From contig CAWBCJ010000010.1 in assembly GCA_963787255.1 (NCBI GenBank), positions 148,373-212,372 of the forward strand: a stretch of DNA of 64,000 nt, read 5' to 3'. Below, piece after piece: positions 52,751 through 63,774 of this stretch (positions within the stretch are counted from its first letter, which is position 1; every line of letters begins with the position of its first letter). The notes below the pieces were generated by a model. It ran no database searches, had not been told where the DNA came from, and saw only the letters and a program-made list of their open reading frames with translations. Source of the DNA: Methanobacteriota archaeon (GTDB lineage: Archaea; Methanobacteriota; Methanobacteria; Methanobacteriales; Methanobacteriaceae). Both the position numbers and the translations under genes were made by a program.

Positions 52751-53899
52751 ATGCAATCAAGAAGTGGAGTGGCAAATCTTCCTTTACATGGAGGACACGC
52801 GCCAAGATGGCTCTTTACCCGTATGGTAAAGCTTACAGAAGGTATTCTTGATGTAATTTTATATGAATACGATGCCGATGAATTTTTAAGGCGAATTTCA
52901 GATCCTTACTGGTTCCAGGCATTTTCCTGCGTTATTGGATTTGACTGGCACTCATCAGGAACCACCACAACCACCTGTGGCGCATTAAAGATGGCTATAA
53001 ACCCTGAAGAACACGGATTGATGATTGCAGGAGGTAAAGGCAAAAATTCAAGAAAAGCACCACTAGATATCGAGTTGGGGTCCGAATTATTTTCACTATC
53101 TTCAAAAAAAGCTGGATGAGTTAACTCCATTCAAGTAAAATCTCTGCTAAAATAGATAATTCATGTATTCAGGATGGCTATAACCTCTATCATCATTCAT
53201 TCATTTTTAACGAATCTGGAAACTGGGCAGTTGTACAGCAAGGATTAAACACTGAAAATAAGTATGCCCGACGTTACCATTGGCTTTCTGAATCTATTGA
53301 TAAAGTTATAGAAGAGCCGCATAATGGAATCTGCTGCGATGAGTCCAAAGATGATACACTGGATATGACATCAAAATTAAGCAGTGAAGCAAGGGACATA
53401 AGCGTTGATGTTATACGTGATAATCCAGATCATTTAAGGCGCTATTTTAGAAGGAAATCTCAAACATTGCTTACAGATTTCTTTGGAAGTCATTCTTCAA
53501 ACAACTTTAAAGAAGTTAACATGCCCAGTCATCATCCTGTGCTGGAAATGGACATGAATGATCAGGAATTTAAAGTTTTAAAGAATGCTTATGAGTTTCA
53601 GCCGGGTAATTATGAAGAGTTGATTTCTATTGAGAGGAATGGGGCCTAAAAAAATAAGGGCATTGGCATTGATCTCTGATCTAGTTTATGGTGCAGAATC
53701 AAGTTGGAATGATCCTGTTAAATTCAGTTTTACTCATGGTGGAAAGGATGGTTTTCCTTATCCCGTTAATAGGGAAGTTTATGATCATTCGATTTATACA
53801 CTTAAAGAAGCTCTTGATGAAGCTAAACTTGAAAAAAAGGATAAATATAATGCTATTAAGCGTTTAGAATCTTTTATTAATGTTAAAAGTGTTAATTAA
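52751..53899 (+). CDS. DUF763 family protein, split by frameshifts (~53110-53130, ~53635)
   Basis: LPLHGGHAP.WL, GFDWHSSGTTT, QDGYNLYHH, WAVVQQG, DPVKFSFTHGGKDG. Confidence 0.85.
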
Positions 53900-54013
53900 G
53901 TCTATTATTTAAATTCTGTTAAAACGTTTGATAACATAAATAAGAATAAAAGATTATATTACTGGTATTTAATAGTTAATGCTGCTTAAAAAAGGTTTAA
54001 AATGGGAAAGTTT

Positions 54014-54793
54014 TTATTCTCTTTCCCTGGTAACTCTTCCTGCGGGCAATTTTTCTTCTGAAGATATGTAATCGTAGATTAAAGCAGCTAAAACTGCTCC
54101 AACTATCGGGCCGATGATGTATATGGGGAAATAATTCCAGAGATTGTTCCCTCCTAAGACCATATCGCCTAAATAAGGTCCAAAAGTTCTTGCAGGGTTT
54201 AATGAAGAGCCTGTAATATTACCGATAGTCGTGATAACTGCTGCAACTGTAAAACCTATTGAAATGCCTGCAAATCCTGGAACTGCCCTTTTATCAACTG
54301 CAGAACCCATTATAACCAGCATAAGTAGGAAAGTACCTATTGCTTCTACTAAAATCGCTTGATAATATCCGATTCCTTCAAATGGGGCGGTAGCACCGAG
54401 GCCTCCAACTGTAACTGCACCCATTCCTGCACTTGCAGCAAAAAGGAAGCTTGCAAGAGAGGCACCAATTAATTGAGCAACTATATAGGGAATGACTTCA
54501 TTTGTGGGAAATTTTTTAGTAGCCCAAAGAGCTATTGTAACCGCAGGATTTATGTGACACCCGGATATATGGCCTATTGCATAAATTAAGACAACAATGG
54601 TAAGACCGAATGCCATTCCTATTGCAAGCCAGTCTGCTAAACCTCCAAGAACGCCTATACCAATGTTAAATGGGTTTGGTGGTGTTGCTCCGGCGCTTAT
54701 CATTAATGTTATTGCTGCAGCGCCTGCGCCAATATAAACCAGGAAGAATGTTCCTATAAGTTCGGCTAAGAACCTTTTTGTTAATGAAATCAT
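54014..54793 (-). CDS. MIP channel (AqpM-like aquaporin)
   Basis: HINPAVT and SLNPART NPA boxes. Confidence 0.95.
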   Translation of the reverse strand: MISLTKRFLAELIGTFFLVYIGAGAAAITLMISAGATPPNPFNIGIGVLGGLADWLAIGMAFGLTIVVLIYAIGHISGCHINPAVTIALWATKKFPTNEVIPYIVAQLIGASLASFLFAASAGMGAVTVGGLGATAPFEGIGYYQAILVEAIGTFLLMLVIMGSAVDKRAVPGFAGISIGFTVAAVITTIGNITGSSLNPARTFGPYLGDMVLGGNNLWNYFPIYIIGPIVGAVLAALIYDYISSEEKLPAGRVTRERE

Positions 54794-54800
54794 TTTTTAA

Positions 54801-55016
54801 TCACCCTTCCCCACTTTGATAGGCTTCATAACACCATTCACACAAAAAACGGGGTAATGTTTTTTCAAATCTTTTTGAAGGGAATGGATAGTCTCCTTCC
54901 CAAATTTCAACATCTTCTCTAATCAGGTGTTCCATACAGATGCCCATTCCACAAACTATACAAATTGCTAGCGCATCCGTATCTTTGCCTTCTAAAGCGC
55001 ACATGTAACATTTCAT
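54801..55016 (-). CDS. DUF2180-like small Cys-rich protein
   Basis: CYMC...CIVCGMGICMEH...CEWC. Confidence 0.8.
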   Translation of the reverse strand: MKCYMCALEGKDTDALAICIVCGMGICMEHLIREDVEIWEGDYPFPSKRFEKTLPRFLCEWCYEAYQSGEG

Positions 55017-55061
55017 TTATAGCACCTCAAAAAATCCGTTAAAAAAATAAATAAATGAAGT

Positions 55062-56561
55062 TTATACTGCTTCTTTCCACTGGCAGTAACCATGTCTAAA
55101 ATCAACCAAGCATGCTGAAGCACAATTTTTACATGCTCTAACTGGAGATGCGGGTGTTTCCTTATGCAGGGCAATAACGTTGGTCATCAAGGTGGCAGTT
55201 ACTGGTTCGCTTGTAATCAGGCATGGATAATCCGCTAATCTCATTAAAGAAGAGAATCTAACTGTTATGGCACATCCAGGGTAAGTGTATCTTTGCGGGT
55301 TCATTAAAACTTCATTTGTGTTTATTGGATCTAGATTAACTTTAAATCCTGCAACACGTGGTTCTAATTTTCCTTCGCTTCCATTTATCATTCTTCTTTC
55401 TTCATCTAGGTATTTCCATCCTCTATAAATTGTGTCCATGAAATCGCAGTTGTGAAGTTCTGCTGCAGCTGGTCTTGTAGGATTCAGCTGTACGTAATTG
55501 TGGAACCTTCGGGTGAGTAATTCAACAACTGTTGGTGCATTAAATCCATCTAATTCTAGTATGTATTCTATTGCGCATGCTGCAGATCCGGTAGCAAGTG
55601 ATAATATTTGATATTCACTTTTAAAGTCTTTCATTGCATTTTTTAGTGTTGATTCCATTACGTCTGTTGTAGCTTCGATTATAGACATTATAACGTCGTC
55701 TTTACACATATTATATGTTGATTGTGATATGTGGTGAGATATATCTCCCACGCAGTATGCAGGGACGGTTACTATGTTTCCGTAATGTACTCCATCTTCA
55801 ACAGCGGCCATGATTGTTCCTTTCATCTTTTCCTTGTATTTTGACATGTATTTACGCACATCAAATGATTCATGACCTAAAGAGTCCATAAGTTTTGCCT
55901 GGGCATCTACAGGAGTTTCGTAGATTGATTTAATCATTTCAATTTCGTTTTTAAGGGCTTCGGTTACTGTTATGTTATCTTCTATTTTGTTTGCAAAAAT
56001 TTCGCCTATACCATAAGAAGTGTTCATTCCCCAGGATTTAGCAGCTAATATGGCCCTTTTATGATCATCGGGTATATCTGTCTTTTTTAGTATCTGATTT
56101 ACCACATTACTGGTACTTCCAGGAATCATGGCAAAATCAACAACACATGTGGGTCCATAAAATCCAGCATACCTTCTTACAGATTCGAGCCCGATAATGT
56201 CTTCAGATTTTCCAATAACATCTATAAACTTATCAACACTTTTTTTAAAGCTTTCATCTTCTTCATACAGTATTTCCAGTATAGCGGGTGTTTGGTAGTG
56301 TTCTACAAAAGGATCGTCTTCTGGCCGCACTGTATCGGTAAGACCCGTTAAAGTGTCGTAGTGGGTGTTAATTGAATCTACATGGAGATTTATGACAGCT
56401 TCGCTTTGTCCGTCAACTGCTTCCATTTTATTTGCCACATCAACATACGCTTTTGTATGTTCCATTTTAAAGTCTTGTCCTCTATATTTACTTACAGTGT
56501 TTACATCAGCTTTTTGAGCCATCATGGCTTCATTTATCATTTTTTCATATAATTCTGACAT
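55062..56561 (-). CDS. DUF2193-like protein with a C-terminal Cys cluster
   Basis: DDPFVEHYQTP, GFYGPTCVVDFA, PAYCVGD, ACKNCASAC...CQW. Confidence 0.8.
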   Translation of the reverse strand: MSELYEKMINEAMMAQKADVNTVSKYRGQDFKMEHTKAYVDVANKMEAVDGQSEAVINLHVDSINTHYDTLTGLTDTVRPEDDPFVEHYQTPAILEILYEEDESFKKSVDKFIDVIGKSEDIIGLESVRRYAGFYGPTCVVDFAMIPGSTSNVVNQILKKTDIPDDHKRAILAAKSWGMNTSYGIGEIFANKIEDNITVTEALKNEIEMIKSIYETPVDAQAKLMDSLGHESFDVRKYMSKYKEKMKGTIMAAVEDGVHYGNIVTVPAYCVGDISHHISQSTYNMCKDDVIMSIIEATTDVMESTLKNAMKDFKSEYQILSLATGSAACAIEYILELDGFNAPTVVELLTRRFHNYVQLNPTRPAAAELHNCDFMDTIYRGWKYLDEERRMINGSEGKLEPRVAGFKVNLDPINTNEVLMNPQRYTYPGCAITVRFSSLMRLADYPCLITSEPVTATLMTNVIALHKETPASPVRACKNCASACLVDFRHGYCQWKEAV

Positions 56562-56995
56562 TTTATCACCTTATTTAATTAACTTTTTATTTTATAATAT
56601 ATTTTGTTAAAATAGTATTATTATTTTGCTATTTGCTGATCTTATGAAAAGTTAATTAATTAAAAAAAAGTTAGTGAAACTAAAATTTATCTTATCATTT
56701 TTTAAGAAAAATAAAGTGCTGACAAGTGTTAGGTAAGAGAGCAAGGATTTATTGTCAAAAAAAAAATTTGTTTTGGGGCCCCTCTGTTATTTACTTAAAT
56801 AAGAGGAATGAAAGATTTGTGATTTGTAAACGCTTTTTTTTGTAGCTATTCCTCAGTGAATTCAACCATTTTTAATTTAATCTTCTTTTTCTCTCCTTTT
56901 TAAGATTCTATCAAAATAATGAAACTATCTAAACCTCCTTGCTATATTCTATTTATATCTACTGCGGAATCTTAATTTTTTTTATGCCCTACTTT

Positions 56996-57490
56996 TTACA
57001 TATATTCTGGATAATGTTCAGCTGATTTATGTTCTAGAAACTTTTCAAGTTCATTTTCAAAACGATCTTTTATTGTATTGAAAATTAAATCATTCATTGG
57101 CTTAAAATCTTCTATTTTATCGGGATTAACGTTAAATTCCTTTTTTAGCGTCGGAAATTCAACGATGAACCTATTTTTATCACCTTTAATAGCCAGGTCT
57201 AATATAAAAGGCATAGCCGGGTTCTTATTACCTACTAAATACAAGTTAATTCCCATACCATAATGCCAGAAGGTGTCATCTTGTAATATAAGAGCATCTC
57301 GGGGGTGCGCTTCAACTGGTTTACCGTCTTTATCATATAAATAATATTGTATATCTTCTTCTTTACATTCTAAATAATTTGCAACATTTTTTCCTATATC
57401 TTTTGCAAAATCTATGCATTCCCACCTGTAATTATTAAAATCATTTCCTGATTCTGTATAAATTTTGCATAATTCTTCAAACTTAGTCAT
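56996..57490 (-). CDS. Hypothetical protein
   Basis: 164-aa ORF with GGAGG SD. Confidence 0.65.
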   Translation of the reverse strand: MTKFEELCKIYTESGNDFNNYRWECIDFAKDIGKNVANYLECKEEDIQYYLYDKDGKPVEAHPRDALILQDDTFWHYGMGINLYLVGNKNPAMPFILDLAIKGDKNRFIVEFPTLKKEFNVNPDKIEDFKPMNDLIFNTIKDRFENELEKFLEHKSAEHYPEYM

Positions 57491-57602
57491 TCAACATCTA
57501 CCTCCAAAATATAATTCGCATAAATCGAAATACTTTCGTTTTAATCCATAATATCCTCTTTACTTGGGAATAATCATCACCTTCACCTCCATAGAGTGAT
57601 TT

Positions 57603-58928
57603 TTAGATATTATTTTGCTTTATTCTTTCAATACGCCATCTATTCAAGACATATACTATGATACCAATAAAGATCCATGAACCCCCATAAATAACTGCAT
57701 TAGGGTTTAAATAGAATGCCAGGCCCACACAACTTATAATTCCAAGTATAGGTGTTAAAGGATACATTGGAACTTTAAATCCACGTTTAACATTTGGTTG
57801 GGTCCTTCTAAGCTGTAATAAACTTAAATTAATAAAAGTGAATGTCAATAGAGTTCCAAAATTGAATATAGATGCAAGCTGATTCAGATTACCTGACGAA
57901 ACTATTATGATCAAAGATATAGAGATACCACAAATAATTACTGTAAACAGTGGAACGCCATTTTTTGAAATTCTGGAAAATATCAATGGAAGTGCTTTAT
58001 TTCGGGACATGGAAAAGAGAACTCTTGATCCCCCAATTATAGATGACAAAATAACCGAAGTAGTCGCAAATAGTGCAGATATAGCAACGAACTCCAACAA
58101 CCAGAAGTTATTAGTTGCTGCCTTCAAGGCAAGTTCTACAGGTGCGGCTGATTGACCCAAGATTTGCCAGTTCACCAATCCTACAGCTACAAGAGATACC
58201 CCAATATATAGAAGTGTGCACACTGCAAATGAGAGAAGAACTGCCCGGGGAACACTCTTTTCAGGATCTTTCACTTCTTCAGCAACCATAGTAACTGTAT
58301 TAAAACCTATAAAAGCAAAGAAAATGATAGCAGCCCCTGAAAGCATTCCATTAATCCCATTAGGAAAAAATGGCTGGTAATTAGATAAATTAGGGTGATA
58401 AAAAAGGTAATATGCACCCACAAAGATGAAAATCACTAATGCAGAAACTTTTAAGAAAACCAAACCATTATTAGTACCTGATGCCTCTCTTATTCCTTTA
58501 AGATTCAGTATCGTTAGAATAATAGGCCAAACTGATGCAACCGTTATTATTGTGCTTTGAAGCGGAGGTATGCTAAGAAAATAAGTGAAATAAGACGCAA
58601 ATCCTATACTAACTGCACTGGAACCCACTATATAATCAAAAGATTTCATCCATCCAATCACAAAGCCGGGAAATTTACCAAAAGCTTTATGCGTATAGAT
58701 ATAACTCCCTCCTTCTTCAGTAATAAATGAAGAAAGTTCTGCAGATGAAAGTCCGGTAAGAAGTGCAGTAAAACCTGCTATGATAAATGAAAATATTACT
58801 GATGGTCCTGCCAAACCTGCAGCCACGCCTAATAGCACAAAAATTCCGGTACCAATAATGGCACCGATACCAATGCTTGCTGCACCCCAAACTCCTAGAT
58901 CCCGTTTTAATTCGGCCAATTCAATCAC
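57603..58928 (-). CDS. APC-family amino acid permease
   Basis: GIGAIIGTGIF, FFAFIGF, AEEVKDP. Confidence 0.92.
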   Translation of the reverse strand: MIELAELKRDLGVWGAASIGIGAIIGTGIFVLLGVAAGLAGPSVIFSFIIAGFTALLTGLSSAELSSFITEEGGSYIYTHKAFGKFPGFVIGWMKSFDYIVGSSAVSIGFASYFTYFLSIPPLQSTIITVASVWPIILTILNLKGIREASGTNNGLVFLKVSALVIFIFVGAYYLFYHPNLSNYQPFFPNGINGMLSGAAIIFFAFIGFNTVTMVAEEVKDPEKSVPRAVLLSFAVCTLLYIGVSLVAVGLVNWQILGQSAAPVELALKAATNNFWLLEFVAISALFATTSVILSSIIGGSRVLFSMSRNKALPLIFSRISKNGVPLFTVIICGISISLIIIVSSGNLNQLASIFNFGTLLTFTFINLSLLQLRRTQPNVKRGFKVPMYPLTPILGIISCVGLAFYLNPNAVIYGGSWIFIGIIVYVLNRWRIERIKQNNI

Positions 58929-58968
58929 TTTCTCCTAAATACAAAAGAAATTATTTAAAATAAAATTA

Positions 58969-60357
58969 TTAGACATAATCTTTTCCTTTAAAGATACTAT
59001 CACATCCACCACGTTCTTCTACCACTTTTTCCAGTCTATTCCATAAACCCATTCTTTCTAATTCATCCAAAGATATGTGATTTTTGAATATTTCAGCATA
59101 AAGTCTTCCATTTTCTTTTGTTTTTCCATTAGTTAGATCATCACAGTATATTTTTAAAATTTCATCGGGAAGATATTCTAAAGCAAGTTCAAACACGTGT
59201 CTCCCTACATTATTACATATTGTTTCCGCGGGCAGGTTTTTATCAAACCATCTGTCAAACTTGTAATGATCAATTACGAGGTCTATTGGCGGGAATTTAA
59301 AAGTAGTAACTTTATATAACTTATTGTAAGGATCATCTCCATGGGAAAGGTAAAATCTGTGTTTAGTACTATATACAAAATATGGCAGCGCATGACCACA
59401 TCGCTCTTCTAATACTACCGGTATGTTTATTGTTCTTAAAACTGTGCGTAGAAATCCAGTTGTCCCCCAACAACCTGCAGTAAAATGTTGGAAACCCAAT
59501 TTTGGATGTTTAGTTCCAGAAATAACTCTTTCAACTGGAGGATAACCTTCAAATTGCCAATATTCTTCATAACTTTCGGGGGTGTTCCCGTCATTATAAT
59601 GATACATATTTTCTCTGCACCATCCAAGTAAATGTCCAATTGAATCCCATCGTGTAATTCCTATCAACTTTTCTTTATCCAGAAAATCATAGATTCTGAC
59701 AGGATCCCCTGGTGTTGCTGATCCGTGATTAAATAGTGATCCATGCCATCTTAATATGGAGTAAACATTACGAGATTTGAAATATTCAAAGAGAGTACGG
59801 CTATCCAGTAAAAGTTCTAACTGTTTTTGATTGTATTTTAAAAGAGACCAGTGTACTAATTTATCGATTTCTACCGTGAGACACTGTGCAACATAGGCTA
59901 AATAATATTTCCAGGCATCTTTAGGTTTAAGATCTGTAGAAAATACTTTTCCATTTTCATATAATTTCACAGTGCTGGATGGGGCTTCAGGAAGACTTGG
60001 TTGTACGTTTAGCAGAGTATTCCAAAATGTGTTTGATATTTCAATTTTTTTTGACTTAGACCATGATAGATATGCATTGCTATTATTATTTGAGTCTTCT
60101 TTTGAACTATTTCCTCTCCATATAATTGCATTAGCGATTTTAGTGTTATTGGCCAGCCATTGGTCAAATAAATCAAATAGGGCGTCTTTATTTTCTTCTA
60201 AAAATGTTTCAAGAGCATTCTTTGTTGTGAATTCTTTGTTAACAAGAAAACTTCCAAATCTTTCGCCATAGGGCTTTTTTAATGGTTGCATTGATTCATG
60301 TTGTTCTTTAGAAATTAAATCAGCTTCATAAAGCATTGTAATTAACTCAGGAATCAT
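58969..60357 (-). CDS. Hypothetical protein: degenerate MshEN-like N-terminus and a putative transglutaminase-like Cys-His-Asp domain
   Basis: Start at ATG 60357 (GGAG SD); AGCWGTT...INIP...GHA...HGDDPY. Confidence 0.6.
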   Translation of the reverse strand: MIPELITMLYEADLISKEQHESMQPLKKPYGERFGSFLVNKEFTTKNALETFLEENKDALFDLFDQWLANNTKIANAIIWRGNSSKEDSNNNSNAYLSWSKSKKIEISNTFWNTLLNVQPSLPEAPSSTVKLYENGKVFSTDLKPKDAWKYYLAYVAQCLTVEIDKLVHWSLLKYNQKQLELLLDSRTLFEYFKSRNVYSILRWHGSLFNHGSATPGDPVRIYDFLDKEKLIGITRWDSIGHLLGWCRENMYHYNDGNTPESYEEYWQFEGYPPVERVISGTKHPKLGFQHFTAGCWGTTGFLRTVLRTINIPVVLEERCGHALPYFVYSTKHRFYLSHGDDPYNKLYKVTTFKFPPIDLVIDHYKFDRWFDKNLPAETICNNVGRHVFELALEYLPDEILKIYCDDLTNGKTKENGRLYAEIFKNHISLDELERMGLWNRLEKVVEERGGCDSIFKGKDYV

Positions 60358-60526
60358 GTAAAAAACTCCGATTAAACTAATTTTATTATAATAATATATT
60401 TTAATCATAACATATAAAAATTATGATAACTACGATATAAAAACGAAAAAAAGCATTCATACAGTGATAATTGATAAAAAAAATTTAAATAAATTAATTG
60501 TTTAACTGAATAAAAAAAAATCAAGA

Positions 60527-61567
60527 GTGAAAAATATGAAAAATCTTCTAAAAAAACTTGCAAATGCACCTGGTGTCAGCGGTTTTGAAGGCGATATCAG
60601 AAACATAATAACCAATGAATTAAAGGATTATGTAGATGAAATTGAAGTTGATAATCTTGGAAACATTATTACAATAAAAAAGGGGAAACCCAACAGTAAA
60701 AAAGTGATGCTAGCATCCCATATGGATGAAATAGGGCTTATGGTAAGATATATAGACAAAAAAGGATTCATAAAGTTCTCAAAGATTGGGGGAATAAACG
60801 ATCAAACCCTTCTAAATCAGAACGTTTTAATACACACATCTAAAGATAAAATTCCGGGAGTAATTGGTTCAAAACCACCGCATCTAATGAAACCAGAAGA
60901 AAGAAAAAAAGCTGTTAAATATGATAACATGTTTATAGACATTGGCGTCAATGATAGGGAAGAGGCAGAAAGATTAGTGCATATTGGGGATCCAATAACC
61001 ATAAGACAAAATTTCAGTCAACTTCAAAACTCTATGTTTACCGGAAAATCACTGGATAACCGAGTGGGCTGCTATATCATTGTTGAGGTACTAAAAAGAG
61101 TTGAAAGTGATGCTACGGTATATGGAGTTGGAACCGTTCAAGAAGAAGTTGGGCTAAAAGGCGCTAAAACCTCAGCTTTTAGAATTAATCCGGATATGGC
61201 CATAGCAATCGATGTTGCAGTATCAGGAGATCATCCCGGAATAAAAGAAGGAGAAGCACCGGCATCTGCGGGCAAAGGTCCAGTAATTATTTTAGCTGAT
61301 GCCAGTGGAAACGGAATAATAACGCACCCCAAAGTCAAGAAACTGCTGATTTCAACTGCAGAAGCAGAAGAAATACCCTATCAACTTGTGGTGAGCGAAG
61401 GCGGTACAACTGATGCAACTGCAATTCATTTAACCAGACAGGGCATACCATCAGGGGTTTTATCACCTGCTGTAAGATATATGCATTCACCAGTTGAAGT
61501 TGTAAATATGGAAGATATCGAAAACACGGTGAAACTTATTGTAGCAGCACTAAAAGACTTTAAATAA
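60527..61567 (+). CDS. M42 (TET-like) metalloaminopeptidase
   Basis: [27 protein letters not shown]. Confidence 0.93.
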   Translation: MKNMKNLLKKLANAPGVSGFEGDIRNIITNELKDYVDEIEVDNLGNIITIKKGKPNSKKVMLASHMDEIGLMVRYIDKKGFIKFSKIGGINDQTLLNQNVLIHTSKDKIPGVIGSKPPHLMKPEERKKAVKYDNMFIDIGVNDREEAERLVHIGDPITIRQNFSQLQNSMFTGKSLDNRVGCYIIVEVLKRVESDATVYGVGTVQEEVGLKGAKTSAFRINPDMAIAIDVAVSGDHPGIKEGEAPASAGKGPVIILADASGNGIITHPKVKKLLISTAEAEEIPYQLVVSEGGTTDATAIHLTRQGIPSGVLSPAVRYMHSPVEVVNMEDIENTVKLIVAALKDFK

Positions 61568-61580
61568 TTTAAAAAAAGAT

Positions 61581-63005
61581 TTATTCTTCTTCAATTTCCT
61601 CTTTTGATACTTTATTACCAGTAAGAAAGCTTTTTTTCCTTCCATAAAAATAATAGATACACAAACCAATAGCTAACCATATCACAAATCTCAGATGGGT
61701 TAATGTGGGAAGTTCTGCAATCAGGAAGAGGCAGAATATTATGGACAGAATAGGTACCAACGGTACATAAGGGGTTTTAAAAGGACGTTTTAAATCTGGT
61801 CTCTGCCTTCTTAAAACTATCACTGATGCTGATACTATAATAAATGCTGCCAGTGTTCCGATGTTCACCAGCTCTGCTATCGCGGTTATGGGAAGAAATG
61901 CCGCTATCACCGATGCAATTCCACCTACCAATATTATGCTATTTATGGGAGTTTTAAAATTTGTATGAAGTTTTGAAAAAAATGATGGTAGTAAACCGTC
62001 CCTGGACATTGCAAAAAATACCCTGGTTTGCCCGAAAAAGCCCACTAGAAGTACAGAAGTGATTCCAGCCAAGGCACCTATGGATATAACTATATTCGCC
62101 CATTTAATCCCTACAGTTTGCAGAGCAAAAGCAACAGGAGCAGCTGTTTCTTTAAATAAATAATATGGAACCATACCATTTAAAATAACAGTCACTACAA
62201 TGTACAGGATGGAACTTATAATAAGCGATCCCATTATGGCAATGGGAAATGTTCTTCGAGGATTTTTAACCTCTTCAGCGGCGGTGGTGATAGCGTCAAA
62301 ACCTATATATGCAAAAAATATGATGGCCGCGCCTTGAAAAACTCCACTCCAACCGTATGGTAAAAAAGGATGATAGTTAGCAGGATTTATGTAGTTTACC
62401 CCTATGCTTATAAAAAGCATTATAACTGCTAATTTGATGATAACAATTATTGTATTGAACTGGGAACTCTGCTTGGTGCCCCTGATCAATAGCAAGGTTA
62501 AGATAAGTATGATCAATACTGCTGGAACGTTAATAAGACCTCCCTCAACTCCGGGAGGATTAATAAGCTGAGCGGGTAGAATTATTCCTAGTGTAGTGAA
62601 TATGTTGACTATGTAACCAGACCAGCCGACTGCTACAGCCGTTACTATCAGAAGATATTCAAGTATAAGGTCCCATCCTATGATCCAGGCCAGAAGTTCT
62701 CCTAAAGTTACGTAACTATAGGTATAGGCACTGCCTGCAACAGGTACCATGGATGCGAATTCGGCATAGCAAAGAGCAGTGAAAAGGCAAGCAGTTCCGG
62801 CTATTACAAAGGATATAATCAGTGCTGGTCCGGAATAATAGGCTGAAGCAATGCCGGTGAGAATAAATATTCCGGCACCAATAATAACACCCAATCCCAT
62901 TAAAAGCAGTGCTGGAGTCCCAAGAACCTTCTTAAGACCTTTTTCACTTTTACTAACCTCTAACAAATCATTAATAGGTTTTTTCTGGAAAATTTTCCTG
63001 GCCAT
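61581..63005 (-). CDS. APC-family (CAT-type) amino acid permease
   Basis: GVIIGAGIF, CYAEFAS..P.AGSAY.Y, FFAYIGFD; start placed at ATG 63005. Confidence 0.93.
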   Translation of the reverse strand: MARKIFQKKPINDLLEVSKSEKGLKKVLGTPALLLMGLGVIIGAGIFILTGIASAYYSGPALIISFVIAGTACLFTALCYAEFASMVPVAGSAYTYSYVTLGELLAWIIGWDLILEYLLIVTAVAVGWSGYIVNIFTTLGIILPAQLINPPGVEGGLINVPAVLIILILTLLLIRGTKQSSQFNTIIVIIKLAVIMLFISIGVNYINPANYHPFLPYGWSGVFQGAAIIFFAYIGFDAITTAAEEVKNPRRTFPIAIMGSLIISSILYIVVTVILNGMVPYYLFKETAAPVAFALQTVGIKWANIVISIGALAGITSVLLVGFFGQTRVFFAMSRDGLLPSFFSKLHTNFKTPINSIILVGGIASVIAAFLPITAIAELVNIGTLAAFIIVSASVIVLRRQRPDLKRPFKTPYVPLVPILSIIFCLFLIAELPTLTHLRFVIWLAIGLCIYYFYGRKKSFLTGNKVSKEEIEEE

Positions 63006-63063
63006 GATTATATCCCATATTATTGTTTCATTATAAAGTAGTTTAATTAAATAATTCAATATT

Positions 63064-63774
63064 TTAGCTTTTTTTCATGTAATTATTCATGATTTCAATT
63101 TCTTCGTCTAAAAGAGACTTTTTATTATCTTTTTCGTGCCTGATTAAAAGCCATACTCCAAAGACCGCGCCTATTACTGCTCCGACTATATCAACCATTA
63201 AATCAGTCATTGTATCTGTAAATGGATCTAATATTGGTGACCCTTGAGTTAAAGCGCCCCTGGAGATATAGAAATTTGTAGCAGGACCTATAAAATGGTC
63301 ATAACTGTATTCTATTACTTCAATTATTGTCCCCAATCCGATTGTAACTAAAACAATTATTATCGCTGCCATTAAGTAGCTGGCTTTGAGTTTTCCAAGA
63401 CGATACCCTATATAAACTAGTAACATGCCTACAAATGATGTAATTGCAGGAATCATGGTGTGCTGGAACTTATCGTAGTACTCAAATCTTGCATAGAAAC
63501 TTAAAGAATCAGCTACCACATATTCAAGGGTCACTATTAAAAGGAATAGAATTTCTAATTCAAGGGGAATGAATATATGCTGGCGGGTTAATATTGCAGG
63601 AAGCAGAATAAGAAATACTGCAAGAAGGATCATAATACCAAATACTGGAAAACCATAGATGATTTCATAAATTCCGACGGATATGAGAAATATTCTTAAG
63701 GTCCAGGCGGTAATTATACTTATTTTATGATTTTTAAAAAGTAAATCTTCAGTTCTAGATATCATCCTAATCAC
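63064..63774 (-). CDS. Membrane protein, DUF2238/VanZ-like
   Basis: YDKFQH, EVIEY, DTMTDL motifs. Confidence 0.7.
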   Translation of the reverse strand: MIRMISRTEDLLFKNHKISIITAWTLRIFLISVGIYEIIYGFPVFGIMILLAVFLILLPAILTRQHIFIPLELEILFLLIVTLEYVVADSLSFYARFEYYDKFQHTMIPAITSFVGMLLVYIGYRLGKLKASYLMAAIIIVLVTIGLGTIIEVIEYSYDHFIGPATNFYISRGALTQGSPILDPFTDTMTDLMVDIVGAVIGAVFGVWLLIRHEKDNKKSLLDEEIEIMNNYMKKS

